A DNA stretch of 64,000 bases from Monocercomonoides exilis PA203 (lineage: Eukaryota > Protista > Preaxostyla): positions 310,001 through 374,000 of the forward strand of contig LSRY02000011.1 of NCBI GenBank assembly GCA_001643675.2. Reading direction: 5' to 3'. The position numbers and the translations under genes were made by a program. Under the pieces are notes generated by a model that was not told where the DNA came from, made no database searches, and saw only the letters and a list, made by a program, of their open reading frames with translations. Numbering within the stretch: the first letter of the stretch is position 1; each line of letters starts with the position of its first letter. Positions 33,101-43,676 of the stretch are shown here, one piece after another.

Positions 33101-36100
33101 TGGCTGAAATCAGTGATGTTACCCCTTCCAGCTCTGTTGGAAGTGAAAAGCTGATGTTTTCCATTTTGCATGCGCTCTGCACCTCAATCAAGAACTCGGA
33201 TTCCATATTATCTGGTGTTTTCACGCTCACTTTCATCCCTTTCGTGGAGCAAGAAATCTCCCATTCATATTCACCAGTCATTGCAACCTCTTCCGCAAGC
33301 TCAAATCCTGAATCCAATTCAATGTTCTTGTTTGCTTCTGGATAACGCACTTTAGCTGCGTGAGTGATGGTGGAACACGGATAATAATCAAATCCGCAGA
33401 ACCACGAGTTGTATCCACCCAGATTGTTCTTTGCCTTCCCAACATGTGCTGCATCTGGATATATGTCCAAAAAGACATCAAGCGGGAATTGTCCCATTGT
33501 TGTGTCACTCCGATCATATCCCACCAACTGTTCGAAATTAGTATTTTCCCGCGAGACATTTAGCGTTGAAGAGCTTATTCCCCAGTTCTTAGAATCTTTC
33601 CCATTCACAAACAGATAATTTCCTCCCGATGATGCTGTACATCCTTCAAAGTTAACTGAACATATTGAAAAGTCAAATGAATTTTCATCCAAATACAGCA
33701 TTATCCCTCCTCCATATCCACTGCACTTGCATCTGTTGAATTTTGTTGTTTCGCCTTCTGGTGTTGATGAAAGCCCTGATCGCAACTTGCTTGTTGGTGA
33801 TGATAAATCAATCTTTATCCCACCACCACTTCCATCCTCGCACTCACAATCTTCGATTGTCACATTCTGAACAACAAATGTCTCCCCTTCCTTTACACTC
33901 TTTGCCACAACCACCCCATCTCCATTCGTCAACTTCACATTTTTCACATTCATATTTGCGAGAATGCTCTCTGTTGATTCTGTGCCTGCAGAAAAAAGTG
34001 AAGATGAAGATAATGAAAAAGATGGAAGATCTGGTTCAGAGAACAAGGGCTTTGACACATTCATATTTATGATCTCCACATCAGCCATCGACAGCTGTGA
34101 CAGCGGCACCACAAACACTGACGAAGAAATCACATTTCCTGAAGAAACACTCGTAGTGATCACAACATCCTCCAATGAGAGAGTCCCACTTCCATCAGAT
34201 ACCACAACCACGCTTGGCGAAGAATCTGCTGTTGAGTTGCAGTCTACGTTCAAGTATTTCATTCTCAAATAACCTTCCGTCATGCTGAACAGTGCTCCTG
34301 ATGAAGATGGAGTAGAAAGTGCCCCTGTTCCAATCGAACTTTTATCTTTGCCTGTGCCAATGACTGAAATCTTCTTTTCTCCAATGTTAATTGTTTCTGT
34401 CTCGCTTGCGTAATTCCCTTCCATCAGCGTGACGGACAGGCTCAACTGCATCACGCTCCGACTAACTGCAACACAAATGGTTCTGCACGCACTTGACTCA
34501 TTCATTCCGCACAACTCCTCTTCATTTCCTCCGCTCACTGCAACAATGCGATTGAGAATCCCTCTCTTCAGCCAATCCTTTTTTTCTGTAAATTGAATAA
34601 TCCAAGCGTTTGCAATCGCGTAATTGTAACTATAACAAACTCTTGTGTCGTTAGTGTTTGTAGAAAAGCATTCACAAAAAGGATTGTTGGAAGATATATG
34701 AAGACTGTAACAATCTTCAAAAAAAATGTCGTGCCCTAATGGAGGATTTTCTGAACAACTGCAATTATGAAAGAAGAAGAAGAAACATCTTAACCCATCA
34801 TCTGAAATTGCAGATTTATTTGGTTCCAAATGAATTCCTCCTCCTTTTGATGATGCAAAACAAGAAACGAATTGAACGTTCCTCATTTTAAAATTTAGAG
34901 GCACATTTCTACAAAACATTCCTCCTCCCCATGTGCTATCAATTGAGCACAAAGTGAAACTGCAGTCAAACATGCATGCGCTTTCTTCTCCTTCATTTTC
35001 TTTATCATCATTTCCTCCAATAATTTGGAAATGATCAAGGCAAAGGCCTCCTCCTTGACGGCTTGCTTTACAATTCAGAAATTCACAATAGCTAATCTGA
35101 TTGCAGATAGAAATTGATTCAACAAAAATGGCTCCGCCAATCCAAGTTTGAGAAGTGCATGCGCTGAATGAGCTATTTTCAAACTTTACAGATTTGATAG
35201 ATGAGCACATTATGCTTCCTCCAGCATGATATGCAGCGCAGTCATTAAACGAGCAATACAAAACTGAAAGTTCTCCGTTTTCTTTTCCGCACATATAAAT
35301 TGCCCCTCCATTTGAAGTTCCATCAGAATATGAGTTGCTGTTTCCTGTTGTTTTTGATTCATTCCATTCACACCATGTGAATGTATTTGCACCATTGTCT
35401 GTTTCATTTATTCTCCCTGGTTGTTTCTTTTCCTCTTCTGTTCCGATGTGTTCAACATTTCTTGTTCGACAACACCCAACGAATGAGGTGTTTGAGGCAG
35501 TTAAAGAAGCCAAGGGATTGTTCAGAGAAGGAACAATCCCTCCATCATATGCATCACAAACAGATAAAAATGAGCAACTTTGTATAAGACATTGAGTTTT
35601 ATGAATTAAAGCAGTGGGAGATGAACAATCTGAAGGTTTTGTTGAAACGTTGAAGAATATCAGATCAGCAAGTGAAACACTCTCAATCAATGGAGAAGTC
35701 AGAAAAGGAGCTGAGGAGACACAAAAGGAAGAAAAACACGAAAAACGGACAGAAAGATGGCTTTTATTAGAAGCCTTGTTGATTGTACCTTTCGATGAGA
35801 AAAGCGGAGAAATTTCGTTCGATAATGGATTTGATGATTGCAATGTGATATTCTCCAGCAATGCACAACTCCCATGCATTTCAAAAAGAGGCACCCCGCA
35901 ACTCATTACAACCCTGCAGCCTCTTAAAGCAGCTCGGCTCCCTTCAGTTCCGCAAATTGCACTATTTCCATTCACTGATACCAATTCCAATCCACTCCAT
36001 CCAACTGAAGCATTCTTCAAATCAAAACATCCTTTGATCAAACATTCTCCTTCCTTTGAATTGAATTCCTTCAGAATTGTTGAGCGCCTATCGATAATCT

Positions 36101-36425
36101 GCCTTTGATTCTTCAAATTGCAATCTTTTTTGCATTCAGGTAATCTACTTTCTTTGCTTTTCTCATTTTCGAAGATTTTCCTTTCTGTCGCCTCATTTTC
36201 TTTCGTGATTTTATTGTGCGATGAAGAAGACAATTCATTATGAATATTACCACTGATTTTGTTTCTCAATTCTTCATTCGGAAATCTATTTTCATGAGCA
36301 GGAATAAAGTTCTCATTATTGAAATTGTAACTTGCACAGATAACTTCAAATCCTGCAGACTCGCAGAAATCCTGAAATAGAATTTTGTGTCCAGTGAAAA
36401 GAAAGGATATAGTAATTAACAACAT
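27177..36425 (-). CDS. Giant single-pass membrane protein: signal peptide, repetitive beta-helix-like ectodomain, TM, C-terminal TKL-like pseudokinase
   Basis: 3082-aa intronless ORF with a hydrophobic N-terminus. The ectodomain has many GGA/GGG-[IM] motifs and five CG-x4-6-C-x-[TS]I modules. The TM is WTLVVIIIFVVLFLIVFIVSIVLAI, followed by RW. The kinase C-lobe motifs are LRWKAPE, AFSIGMMLWESLTLQIPF and ERP. Confidence 0.88.
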   Translation of the reverse strand: MLLITISFLFTGHKILFQDFCESAGFEVICASYNFNNENFIPAHENRFPNEELRNKISGNIHNELSSSSHNKITKENEATERKIFENEKSKESRLPECKKDCNLKNQRQIIDRRSTILKEFNSKEGECLIKGCFDLKNASVGWSGLELVSVNGNSAICGTEGSRAALRGCRVVMSCGVPLFEMHGSCALLENITLQSSNPLSNEISPLFSSKGTINKASNKSHLSVRFSCFSSFCVSSAPFLTSPLIESVSLADLIFFNVSTKPSDCSSPTALIHKTQCLIQSCSFLSVCDAYDGGIVPSLNNPLASLTASNTSFVGCCRTRNVEHIGTEEEKKQPGRINETDNGANTFTWCEWNESKTTGNSNSYSDGTSNGGAIYMCGKENGELSVLYCSFNDCAAYHAGGSIMCSSIKSVKFENSSFSACTSQTWIGGAIFVESISICNQISYCEFLNCKASRQGGGLCLDHFQIIGGNDDKENEGEESACMFDCSFTLCSIDSTWGGGMFCRNVPLNFKMRNVQFVSCFASSKGGGIHLEPNKSAISDDGLRCFFFFFHNCSCSENPPLGHDIFFEDCYSLHISSNNPFCECFSTNTNDTRVCYSYNYAIANAWIIQFTEKKDWLKRGILNRIVAVSGGNEEELCGMNESSACRTICVAVSRSVMQLSLSVTLMEGNYASETETINIGEKKISVIGTGKDKSSIGTGALSTPSSSGALFSMTEGYLRMKYLNVDCNSTADSSPSVVVVSDGSGTLSLEDVVITTSVSSGNVISSSVFVVPLSQLSMADVEIINMNVSKPLFSEPDLPSFSLSSSSLFSAGTESTESILANMNVKNVKLTNGDGVVVAKSVKEGETFVVQNVTIEDCECEDGSGGGIKIDLSSPTSKLRSGLSSTPEGETTKFNRCKCSGYGGGIMLYLDENSFDFSICSVNFEGCTASSGGNYLFVNGKDSKNWGISSSTLNVSRENTNFEQLVGYDRSDTTMGQFPLDVFLDIYPDAAHVGKAKNNLGGYNSWFCGFDYYPCSTITHAAKVRYPEANKNIELDSGFELAEEVAMTGEYEWEISCSTKGMKVSVKTPDNMESEFLIEVQSACKMENISFSLPTELEGVTSLISANSTLLTLTDCSVSCSSENTEGDAIGCSFVRAIGRKLKMEGFVIEESSLFGVHSLVELAGGVDVGVCVGCNVSNVEKRNGDGGWMNGEVGTERGEGKNGIFVIEGCNIKGCSCCGRGGGIHASVKGEGSVVVNGTSVIDGCEANGLGEREGRGGGMMVEMGSRDCGLKIESGVKFSVDADNAATFGKDVFVCCNSGILLESKVNATSFGFFDARAIPTDVLELSGSENGNEDEVIPLFVYLCSMGSKLIVDGSGEWSLDHSRCGFEKFGCLTIDYCISERANISIHKIEVVSESSIKSEVKVASCDVILSGKRELMEEEKLRVNVSDEGSTNQERFIECTSSLSVSYITFSVNSPLKNARKALIYSSLSTLTIANCSISFAEEAQTNGMIGYSIIDKKGGKLIVDGFVIEEKVRMTMNGISPITMKNGTELDIKNISASGVEVEGGSGGGCLNVEMKEGGNANIEGCNLSSTCSGGSGMKGGGVMISVGERGSLEMKNVKFDGCEVPSMDKEEGGRGIGGGLFVRFAEEMGSTVLEGMIFEGCNAWKGKNVFVSGWDLSEIMSNEQLKWEMNEEESESLDELCGWERKTTGEGYVIPLVVYLWSNWSGDGFVSKEKGGDFSGCGFSEAPCSSIDHLKSLRYSTLGEGETHISIVGSGLLSHSISFSFISSSILESPKVVIEGTKKGTALIISDEDENDLNDCSMISSNVSLSFVNVSFTKPTITTHHEVFIESSGTNSCLTIVDCSFGSLTGLTETAGYCMMRVNGGSVLIERCSLSLISDLKGLICFSPSATVVTTQNVNVSFAAVKEKSLISMFEVSNANGKRNAHIYSNKPVLRVVGCSFANITNEENGAGVIDVGSFEHGVECIIDECSMSNCRSVSSLEGGGVKVVMKSEESILKVNGSSFSMCKCSTQSGRGGGMYIDGADPNISYAVDSQIPPLRFKMANILFSLDEAFVGNDIFVRCNSIAHQINETLIALNYNQESLNSNNSICGNDSEGNTDIDLIPLITFYYSAQVFVNSTGTDDRQCGAQSNPCLSINCAVDHIQEGVMNAILIDGEGTVTKECVIGDLVVNSLKKTQAIVRLNSKVEKSSDKDCIMEFINECSVERCSFQFEETFESTHNYLMKVKNGSMEIQKCEFFSSAIELKLNSSIVNVERGELRIFDSAFRNLHSSASLLSFCEESKVEVVETIITNIECEGDVVVVGGKAKVEMKEIAANNISLMKGGSAMKIEGAEEDVSVLNCSFGKCTNSKEKGSMAQIREGRAVRIEACAFDGEGNGEGSEETHEKMNRKEICGWNGSLVDIENSKVEMKETAIKNSKAGGLWVSGGSVKIEKGEFENNNPFIEGYPSVRRNVICTGNSELNVVSVKGGDGIEKNTSLWILDEGCRLGGIAAERASPFFIPILEDVKNATQSTGELELIIHGKLLLPCDLSVKMSMKNGDEEEIVRKGIDEEDCVSENEVHSTISLELLKVMETKAEASMCIQFGKSNLPSFTAEFILKNRSETSGSGNDKLVEGGKEGKSSWTLVVIIIFVVLFLIVFIVSIVLAIRWRNAKEEAKKYKEIVNDNIRKDPKAFEMVTMEMSPEDQWRRAEREAEKKNEERIKKRMNGKEMQHSESEEYLLSENGSTEYILGRDSDKIPQWMLEKIDEKETEDETRKRTPSPSISSTSTTDTSDSDSTFVRREDLCPTTSSMSNLVDAMACSSPHEKLIVDLRDSLFMLLHGLNKTKEMAIGTLQEREQTAAQIMFWVANLALHSFDEMENPLQSLANLSPHIVLFSEHMVICIVMHSDFSSDDDSDSSSISSSTIITSSSDDSTINKNGRGSPPPSSAFEEEDDFKKECLRWKAPELLNGAKTHATKKTVAFSIGMMLWESLTLQIPFGEYEAVVAGDKIVRGERPDTSKTIETSYCEVIKECLSVDRKERPTLVGLKREFIGHFPAGTVMLTVSDAIDYEAVSFVEDQRLSTGQMMSSEQ

Positions 36426-37741
36426 TTTTGATACGAAATGTAAAATTATTAATGATTATTCCTAATCAAATATTTTTCTTGTGGGTCACTTTTTTTTGTG
36501 ATAGAAGTCTATTTGATAAGATGGCGCCTTCTGAACCATTTTTCATGCAGAAGAGTATTTGTTTTATCACTGCAGAATAGAAAACTGATTTTTAAAAAGG
36601 CCTTGCCTTCCGTTCTTGGCTGTCTTGACGAAACTTCATTGATTTCGATTCAAATTCGTTTTCTCGTCTTCCAAAAAATTGTAATTATATGTTATGTGAT
36701 GCTCAAAAAAATATTGCAACGCGAAGTTTGATGTAAAAGCTATGTGCTCACTCTTTCCAATGCTTTGGGGTTGTTTCAGTTCACAAATGAGTCTTGTGGA
36801 GCAACCAAGTCGAAAATCGCAAAATTATTCTCTTGCCGTAAGGATAATAAGAAATGCATTGCAATAAAATTGATCAAGTTGTATTTTCACTCACATAAAT
36901 ATCACTGCTATATTTTTCTCCATGGTTAATTTCATTTGCTTCACTTCAACAATGAACGAAATTTTCGTTTCACTACTTTTCCACTTTGAGGAAACTTGCA
37001 GATTGAAAATTTTTTCTTTATTCGAGATAAAGCCTTGGTTTTTTCAGAAAATTCTTATCAATAACTGCTGATTGCCATCAAAACCATTTGGTGCAGAAAT
37101 TTTCCATGTTTCCCATTTCTCTTTGTCATTTTCATTGAATCAAAAATGAAATTTTATCTATTTGATGAATATGTGCTGTCTTCTATTCTTCTTCTTTTTT
37201 CGAAAGAGCAAGTGTGTTTCCTATTTTTTTGCTTCTCACGATATGTCTGCTCCCCTTCATCCCTTTTGCTTTTTTGCTTTCAACTTGATTTTCTTTCATT
37301 AGTTCCTTATTTTGATGATTTTTCTTTCCCCTTCAAATTCGTAATTGATAATAATCAAATTCTTTTGTTATTGCAAATTTCTTGAATCTTGTTGTCATTA
37401 ACACCCATTGCTTGTTGTTTTCCATTTCCAAGGTTTTCATGTTCTTTTTTTGAAGTTGCTTTGAAGTTTCAAGAGGAACTTCCATTATTGTTCGTGCTTT
37501 TGCTCTTTTCTGCCCTTTTCCCAATAGAAGAAAAAAAGATTTCCAAAAGGATATCGATAATGTGAAGTTCTTGAAATCATTGAAAATGCAATGAACGATG
37601 AGGCAAATAATTTTATTTGGCTTTCCTGTTTTCCCTTTCTTTCGCTTCCATTGCTGTTGTCTTCATCGCCTCAATTGATTCTTCTCTTCCCTTTATCGCA
37701 TCCAGGGAATTTGCTGCAAATGAAAGAACCATCCTCCATCC

Positions 37742-38200
37742 CTATTTATTTCTCCACAATCTCTCCCACTTCACACACTGCAACCCTCGCCCCATCACTT
37801 CGTCATCCAGCTTCACCACCACACGCATAGACTGCGGCGATCGCGACACCAGCCGCGCTATCGCCGACGGCAGCAGCGACGGGTCAAACAGATCGTTGAT
37901 CGACGGGAACGCATTCACAACTTCCGGAACATAGATTCGCTTGATCCCGACCTCGTTCCCACAGATGATGCAATCAAAGAAAGCTGCTTCACCAGCGGAA
38001 CTGAAAGCATCGCTAAAAGCTCCACATAGAAGGCGCAACAACACATTCAAGCGAACCTCCTGCTACTTCGCAAGATAACTCCGAATAAGATTTTGCTCTC
38101 TCAAAAACGATTTCTTTTTATTTGAAAACGCCCCAGCTGCCTCAGACTCCACAATCAAAAGCCACCTTCCTATATCGTTCAATGCGTCGGATGATTTGCA
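37742..38200 (-). pseudogene. Fragment resembling IQCH-like protein, with a frameshift and stops
   Basis: One frame reads ELLAMLSVPLVKQLSLIASSVGTRSGS. After a 1-nt shift at ~37941 it continues KRIYVPEVVNAFPSINDLFD...IARLVSRSPQSMRVVVKLDDEVMGRG, resembling IQCH (ADMLDIPILG...STKSGxKRxF...WLFKxDxEFGGxG). In-frame stops flank the fragment. Confidence 0.45.
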
Positions 38201-38978
38201 AGAAGAAGTCATTGTTGATGCATCCAAAAAACCAAATCGCCAGTTCCAATGGTGATGTTCAGTCTTCCCTGAATGCCAATTTCGCTTTCACCTTCTTTTC
38301 TTCGTATTTTTCCGACAGAAGTAAAGTGAAGCGATGAACAATTGCGGACGAGGTGAAAAAGTATTTTTTTTTAGAAAAGCTTGAAGTGAAACTCAATCAT
38401 TAAAGAATCATTTGATTCATTCTGCAACGAGTGAAGAAGGCTTCATCCAAAAAAAATATTTCATAAAACTCCACAGCGATTATTCATTAGAATGTAAACA
38501 GGATAATAAAAGATGGTTATTTGAAGATTAATAAGAAAATAAAGTGCGATAAGTCATTCAATAGGCGATGAAAATTTTTAAATTGAATGAAGATTATCAA
38601 ATGTCCATTGTGTTCGTGGATTTCATGAATTGATCTATAATCTGGAATTATTGATTCATAATACAACAGCACGCATCAAAATTTTGGAAAACCAATTAAA
38701 ATGATTCATTGTTTGTGCTCATTGCGAAACCATTTCTATGTTTCTGAAGACAGTTCGCAATCAAACTCCAAAAATATAGTTGATGATTTTAAATTTTGAT
38801 TAAAAAGGTTAAATGATAAACGAAAAAATTGTCATTTTGACTAACCTTTAAGCAATCCTTTTTGCCCCTTTCATCGTGATGGTTTTTTAAAAGTAATTAC
38901 ATTTTTTAAAAAAAATAATATTGAAATATATGAAAAATGGCTTTGAGATTTGATAATTATTTTTTTCATATTGAAAGA

Positions 38979-41900
38979 ATGATGGAATCAACAGAAATAG
39001 AAATGTATCTGGCTTATTTTTTATCAGACTTTTGCTTAATTGGATTGTATTTTGAACTTATTCAGAGTTACACCAGAAAGAGAATTTTTATCATCATCTC
39101 CAAGTCATGCATCACCAAAGGAACAAGATTTTGAGATTTTACATTTAAATAAAAAATTAATGGAATTAGAAAAGAAGCGGAAAATTGAAAATGAATCAGC
39201 AGCACAAGGAATTTCTTCTGCCAAAAAAATGTTGTTAATGAAAGAATCAGCATTCCAAAGAGAAAAGTCAAAAGTTGCTTTATACGAGCAGCAAATTTCC
39301 GCAATGGAGATAAAATTGGAAGAACTGAAGAATGAAAATAGAGCATTATCAGTCAAGCTTGGAATTGCTGAAGCTGAAAACAGAGAAAAAGAAAGAATTA
39401 TTTCTGAGGTTAGAAAGCAAAAAGAAGATGAAGCAGCTAAAAGAAATGAAGAAAAGAAAATGCACAATGAATCTTTGAGATTTGCAGAAGAGAAATTGCA
39501 ACATTTAAAGAATGAAAAGGATGAAGAATTCAATAAACTTCAAAAAGAGATATTGGAAAAGAACGAAGAAATAAAACAAATTCACAAAGAAAACATAGAC
39601 TTGCTAAAGCGTTGGGATGATTTTTTTAAGCGCCAAGAAGAAAGCAGCATTCAATCAGTTGAATCAAAAGTTACAATTGCTATTTCTGAAATGAGAAAGC
39701 AATTTGAAGATGAAAAAGATAGAATGATAAAGCAATTTGAAGAGGACAAGGAACAAATGGAGAAAGATTTTGAAACTGTGCTTGAAAAAAAGGAAAACGA
39801 AAAAGAGAATGCAATATCTTGCCTTCGAGATGACATCAGAATTCTAAAGGATAACTTGGAAAAAGAGAAAAGATCATCAAAAGAAAAAATAGAGCTAGAA
39901 AGAGCAAGAGCCCAAAAAGAAAAGCAGGACTTGGAGATGTCTGTGAAGCGTGAGGAAGATCGGAAGAGGGATGCAGTTGACGCCAGAGTCAGAGAGGAGG
40001 TGTCTCGAGAGTCGCAGAAAACGAGGGAGGCTGAAAAGCTGCTGAAAGAAGCGAGGAACGAGCTGAAGCGTTTGGAGCTGGCGGCGAAGGGGATCAGACA
40101 GAAGGCGAGGGAAGAGAAGGAAAAAGAAGTGTCTGAAGTGGCCGACAGCATGACAGAGGAGTTTCAGAAGAAAGAGCAAAGCTGGAAGCTTCTGCTGGAA
40201 GAGGAAAAGGCAGCCAACGAAGAGCGGCACAAATCGCTTGTTGACGAGGTTGTTCAACTGCGGCAGCTTGCGTACGAGAAGGAGAGAGAGAAAGAGGAGG
40301 AAAAGAGGAAGATCAGCATTGCTCTGGAAGAAGAGAGCAAAGCACGGGAAGAGGAGTTCAAAAGGGCAGCAGCGAAGGAAAGAAGCAGGTGGGAGCAAGA
40401 GATAGAGCGAGTGACCAAAGAAGAGCAGCAGAACACGAAGGAGCTGGCTGAGCGGTGCATTCGGCTGGAGAAAGAGAAGGCGCGGCTGACGGCAGAGGCG
40501 AAGACGAGGGAAGAGCTCAGAGAGAGCCGGCTGAAGGAGGCCGAGCAGGAACGAGATGAGCTTCTTGCAAGCAGAGCAGAGTTTGAAGGGCAGATGGTGA
40601 GGAGAATGGAGTCTGCGCTGAAGGAGACTGAAGAAGGCTACAAAGCAGAAATGACAAGAAGAGAGAAGCACTGGGAAGGAGAGTTGTTGAAGCAGGAGAG
40701 AGAGAAGAAGAAGGCGATTGACAACTTGCTGGACGAGCGTGTTGGGATTGAGATTGCATTGAAGCAGGCAAGTGAGGAAGAGAAGAGGCAACGAGAGTGT
40801 GCAATGCAGCTGAAGACGCAGCTGGAGCAGCTGAAAGGGCAGTGCGGCGTGTGGAAAGAAGATGCCAAGAGCGAAATGGCTGCGCAGAAGGCGTCTTTTG
40901 AGCGGAAAGAAGAGGCGCTGAAGAGGATGCACGAGGAAGAGGTGAAGCGCCTGAGTGTGAATGCTGTGAACTTGCAGAAGGAGATTGCACAGATGAAAAA
41001 CCACCACAGCACTGAGATAGAGGCAAAGGAAGAGATCATCAGGCAGTGCAGAAAGCAGGTTTGCAAATGTTGAAATTATTTTTGATTTTTGAAATTCAAT
41101 AATCATTTCTTATTCATCAATGGATAATAAACATTGTTTTAACATTGTTTTATTATTATTATTATTTATAATGAATTCTTTTGATTTTTATTAATTTAAC
41201 AACATATTATTAAATCTCTCTTGCTTTTTTCCAACGTGTTTTTGTATTCAGCTGGAATTTGAGCGGCAGCACTATCAGAAGCATGTTGACCAGCTCAAAG
41301 AAAGTGCCGTTGTGGAGCAGCGTCTGCGGGACGAGTCAATAATCGACCTGAAAATCGCGATGGCTGCGGAAGCGAAGGAGAATGAGGATCTTCTGTCGAC
41401 GCTGACAGAAGAGAGAGAGAAGCTGAAGGCGAAGGAACGAGAACTGGGGAAGCATCTGATGATACTCAGCCAGGAGAGAGGGAGAGAGACTGAAGAACAC
41501 GAAGCCACTCGCCACTCCTACGCTGTCAGGGTGCGCGATCTCGAAAGAGACCTGAAGGACAAAGAGACAGAAATATCGATTGAAAAGGAAAAGAAGGCAG
41601 AGCTGGAACGATGGAGAAAAGAAGAAGAGATTGAAAAGTCGATGCTGATGAACACGATGAAGTCCACATCAATGATTCTGCCAACAAACAGCCCCAAAGT
41701 CTTTCAGCAAGGCATGACTCAAGCAGCACCTGATCATTCATTTGATTCCTCTGCGCAATTAGAAACGCCTCAGGGGTATTCAACGCATTCATCAATGGCA
41801 TTATCGAACAGCCAGCCTCACTCAAATGTCCAGGTTCCTTCAACCGTTCCTTCAACCGCCTTGCCTCCTCTGCCGACTCTTGGATTGCCTGATGCTCTGC

Positions 41901-43057
41901 CCTCTTTCAATCACACAGTGCCGCTCTCAGCTTCTTTGCCTGCTTTATCTCTGTCTTCATCTGTCAGCACATCATCTCCTCATTTCACTTCCTCAATGAA
42001 TGACACGTCTCACTTCACAAACACAGCTTATGCTCAGCCCACTTCATTTTCAGCTTCACCCGACTTGTCTCAATCATTTCGCTCTTCTCCTGAGTATCTG
42101 CTTTCTTCCACTGCTCCAACATATCCTTCTTCAAACACTCATTTTCCTCTGTCATTTCAATCAAATCCATCTGCTGACTCTAATTCTCCAAGCAACTTGC
42201 TGGCGAATTCGTTCAATAGTTCGTTGCGTGCGCCTTTAGAAATGCCAACTGAAAATGCCTATGGAATTGTTTCTGGAAGCGATACAAGGCAAGTCTCAAT
42301 GCAAATGAAAGAGTCGCCGATGTTATTTGCTGGTGATTCATCAGAACAGCAAAGCAGCCCCTTCAGAATGAAGAGTGATCTGAATGATTATTCGCATTTG
42401 GACGAGCAAATGCAGATCTCGCGAGTGACTCCGCCGTCTTCAATGAGGCAAGCTTTTGCGTTGTCCCCTCCAATAAATCCACCTCGCCCGGTAAGCTTCT
42501 CTTCTCCCTTCTCCGAACTGCGCACGACTTCTGCCCCTGTCTCTCGCCCTTCGCTTGTCTTTTCGCACTCTCAGAACGAGTTAGAGCTCTCTTCAAACAT
42601 GCCACAGGAATTCAGGTCTCCAGACAGCCCCCAGCCGCCGCCTCCGACGCCAACTTCTGGGAGAAGCCAGATTTATTCACAGAATGTGTTGTCTCTGCCA
42701 ATTGGTGATGATGACGGGAAAACTTTGCTGAAGCAACCAGATAATAAAGATTCTGAATATATGAGAGAAATTTCTGATTCTGCCATTCGCCATCCAGCGT
42801 CTTACACACCTCTCTTTCCTCATTCTGCTAAGCTCATTCAGAAAAATGACGAAGCTCAAAGAAATGAAACGAATGGTTCAGCACTTCAGCATCAGAAATC
42901 ATTTGCACCAAATGAATCAGTGCTGCATCCGAATGAAACAACTTTGCTCATTTCTGAAAGTGAATTCGATGTATCGAAGCAGAAGCCAATTTCTGCTCAA
43001 AGTAATTCAATAATCACAAAGAAGAAAAAAAGGAAAATCTCAAAAAAGAATAATTAA
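38979..43057 (+). CDS. Large coiled-coil protein with Ser/Pro-rich C-terminal tail (introns 39005-39065 and 41059-41251)
   Basis: ORFs 39040..41073 and 41312..43057 join in frame via a GT-AG intron at 41059-41251. A short upstream exon (MMESTEIEI) also splices in frame. The coiled coil is about 800 aa and E/K/R-rich. Confidence 0.78.
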
Positions 43058-43676
43058 TTTACCGTATTATATATAATTTATTTTATGTGAAATTCTTTTT
43101 TCAGTTTTTTAAAAAAATGTTACACATTTCTTCCTGAAAGACTTCTTTGCTCCTTTTAAACTTACTAAATTTTATGTCTTTTTACGTTTGTAACCAATCA
43201 AAATATTATCATTCTCTTCAAATCCAATATTCGTTCTATTACAGTCTATCTAAGGAATGCAAATTGATGGAGAAAATGGATTTGATGATTTCATTGTGAT
43301 TGAGTTCTCCCGAAATAAAACTCTTTCTTGTTTTTTATTCAGTGATTTTTTTTCATTTTTAAAGAACGCTTTATAATCATCTGCAAACTTCAATCTGATA
43401 GCTCTTATCCTTTCCAAACGAATATTTTTGATGCACTTTTCTCTTTTATAATGTGCAGTTTTCATTAATTGTTAATTTTTCATTTAAAAAGATCGGGAAT
43501 ACCAAAATTTTTTCCATAAAAATTGAAAACATTGTTTTATCAAATTATTTCTTGTAAAAGGAAAGTTGATTGTTTTATCTGATATAATTGTTTGCTTCTT
43601 AAAACAACTAAAAGATATTTTTAAGATTATTAGTGTTTTCCATTTAATAATTTGAATACTACAAATTATTAGGTTC

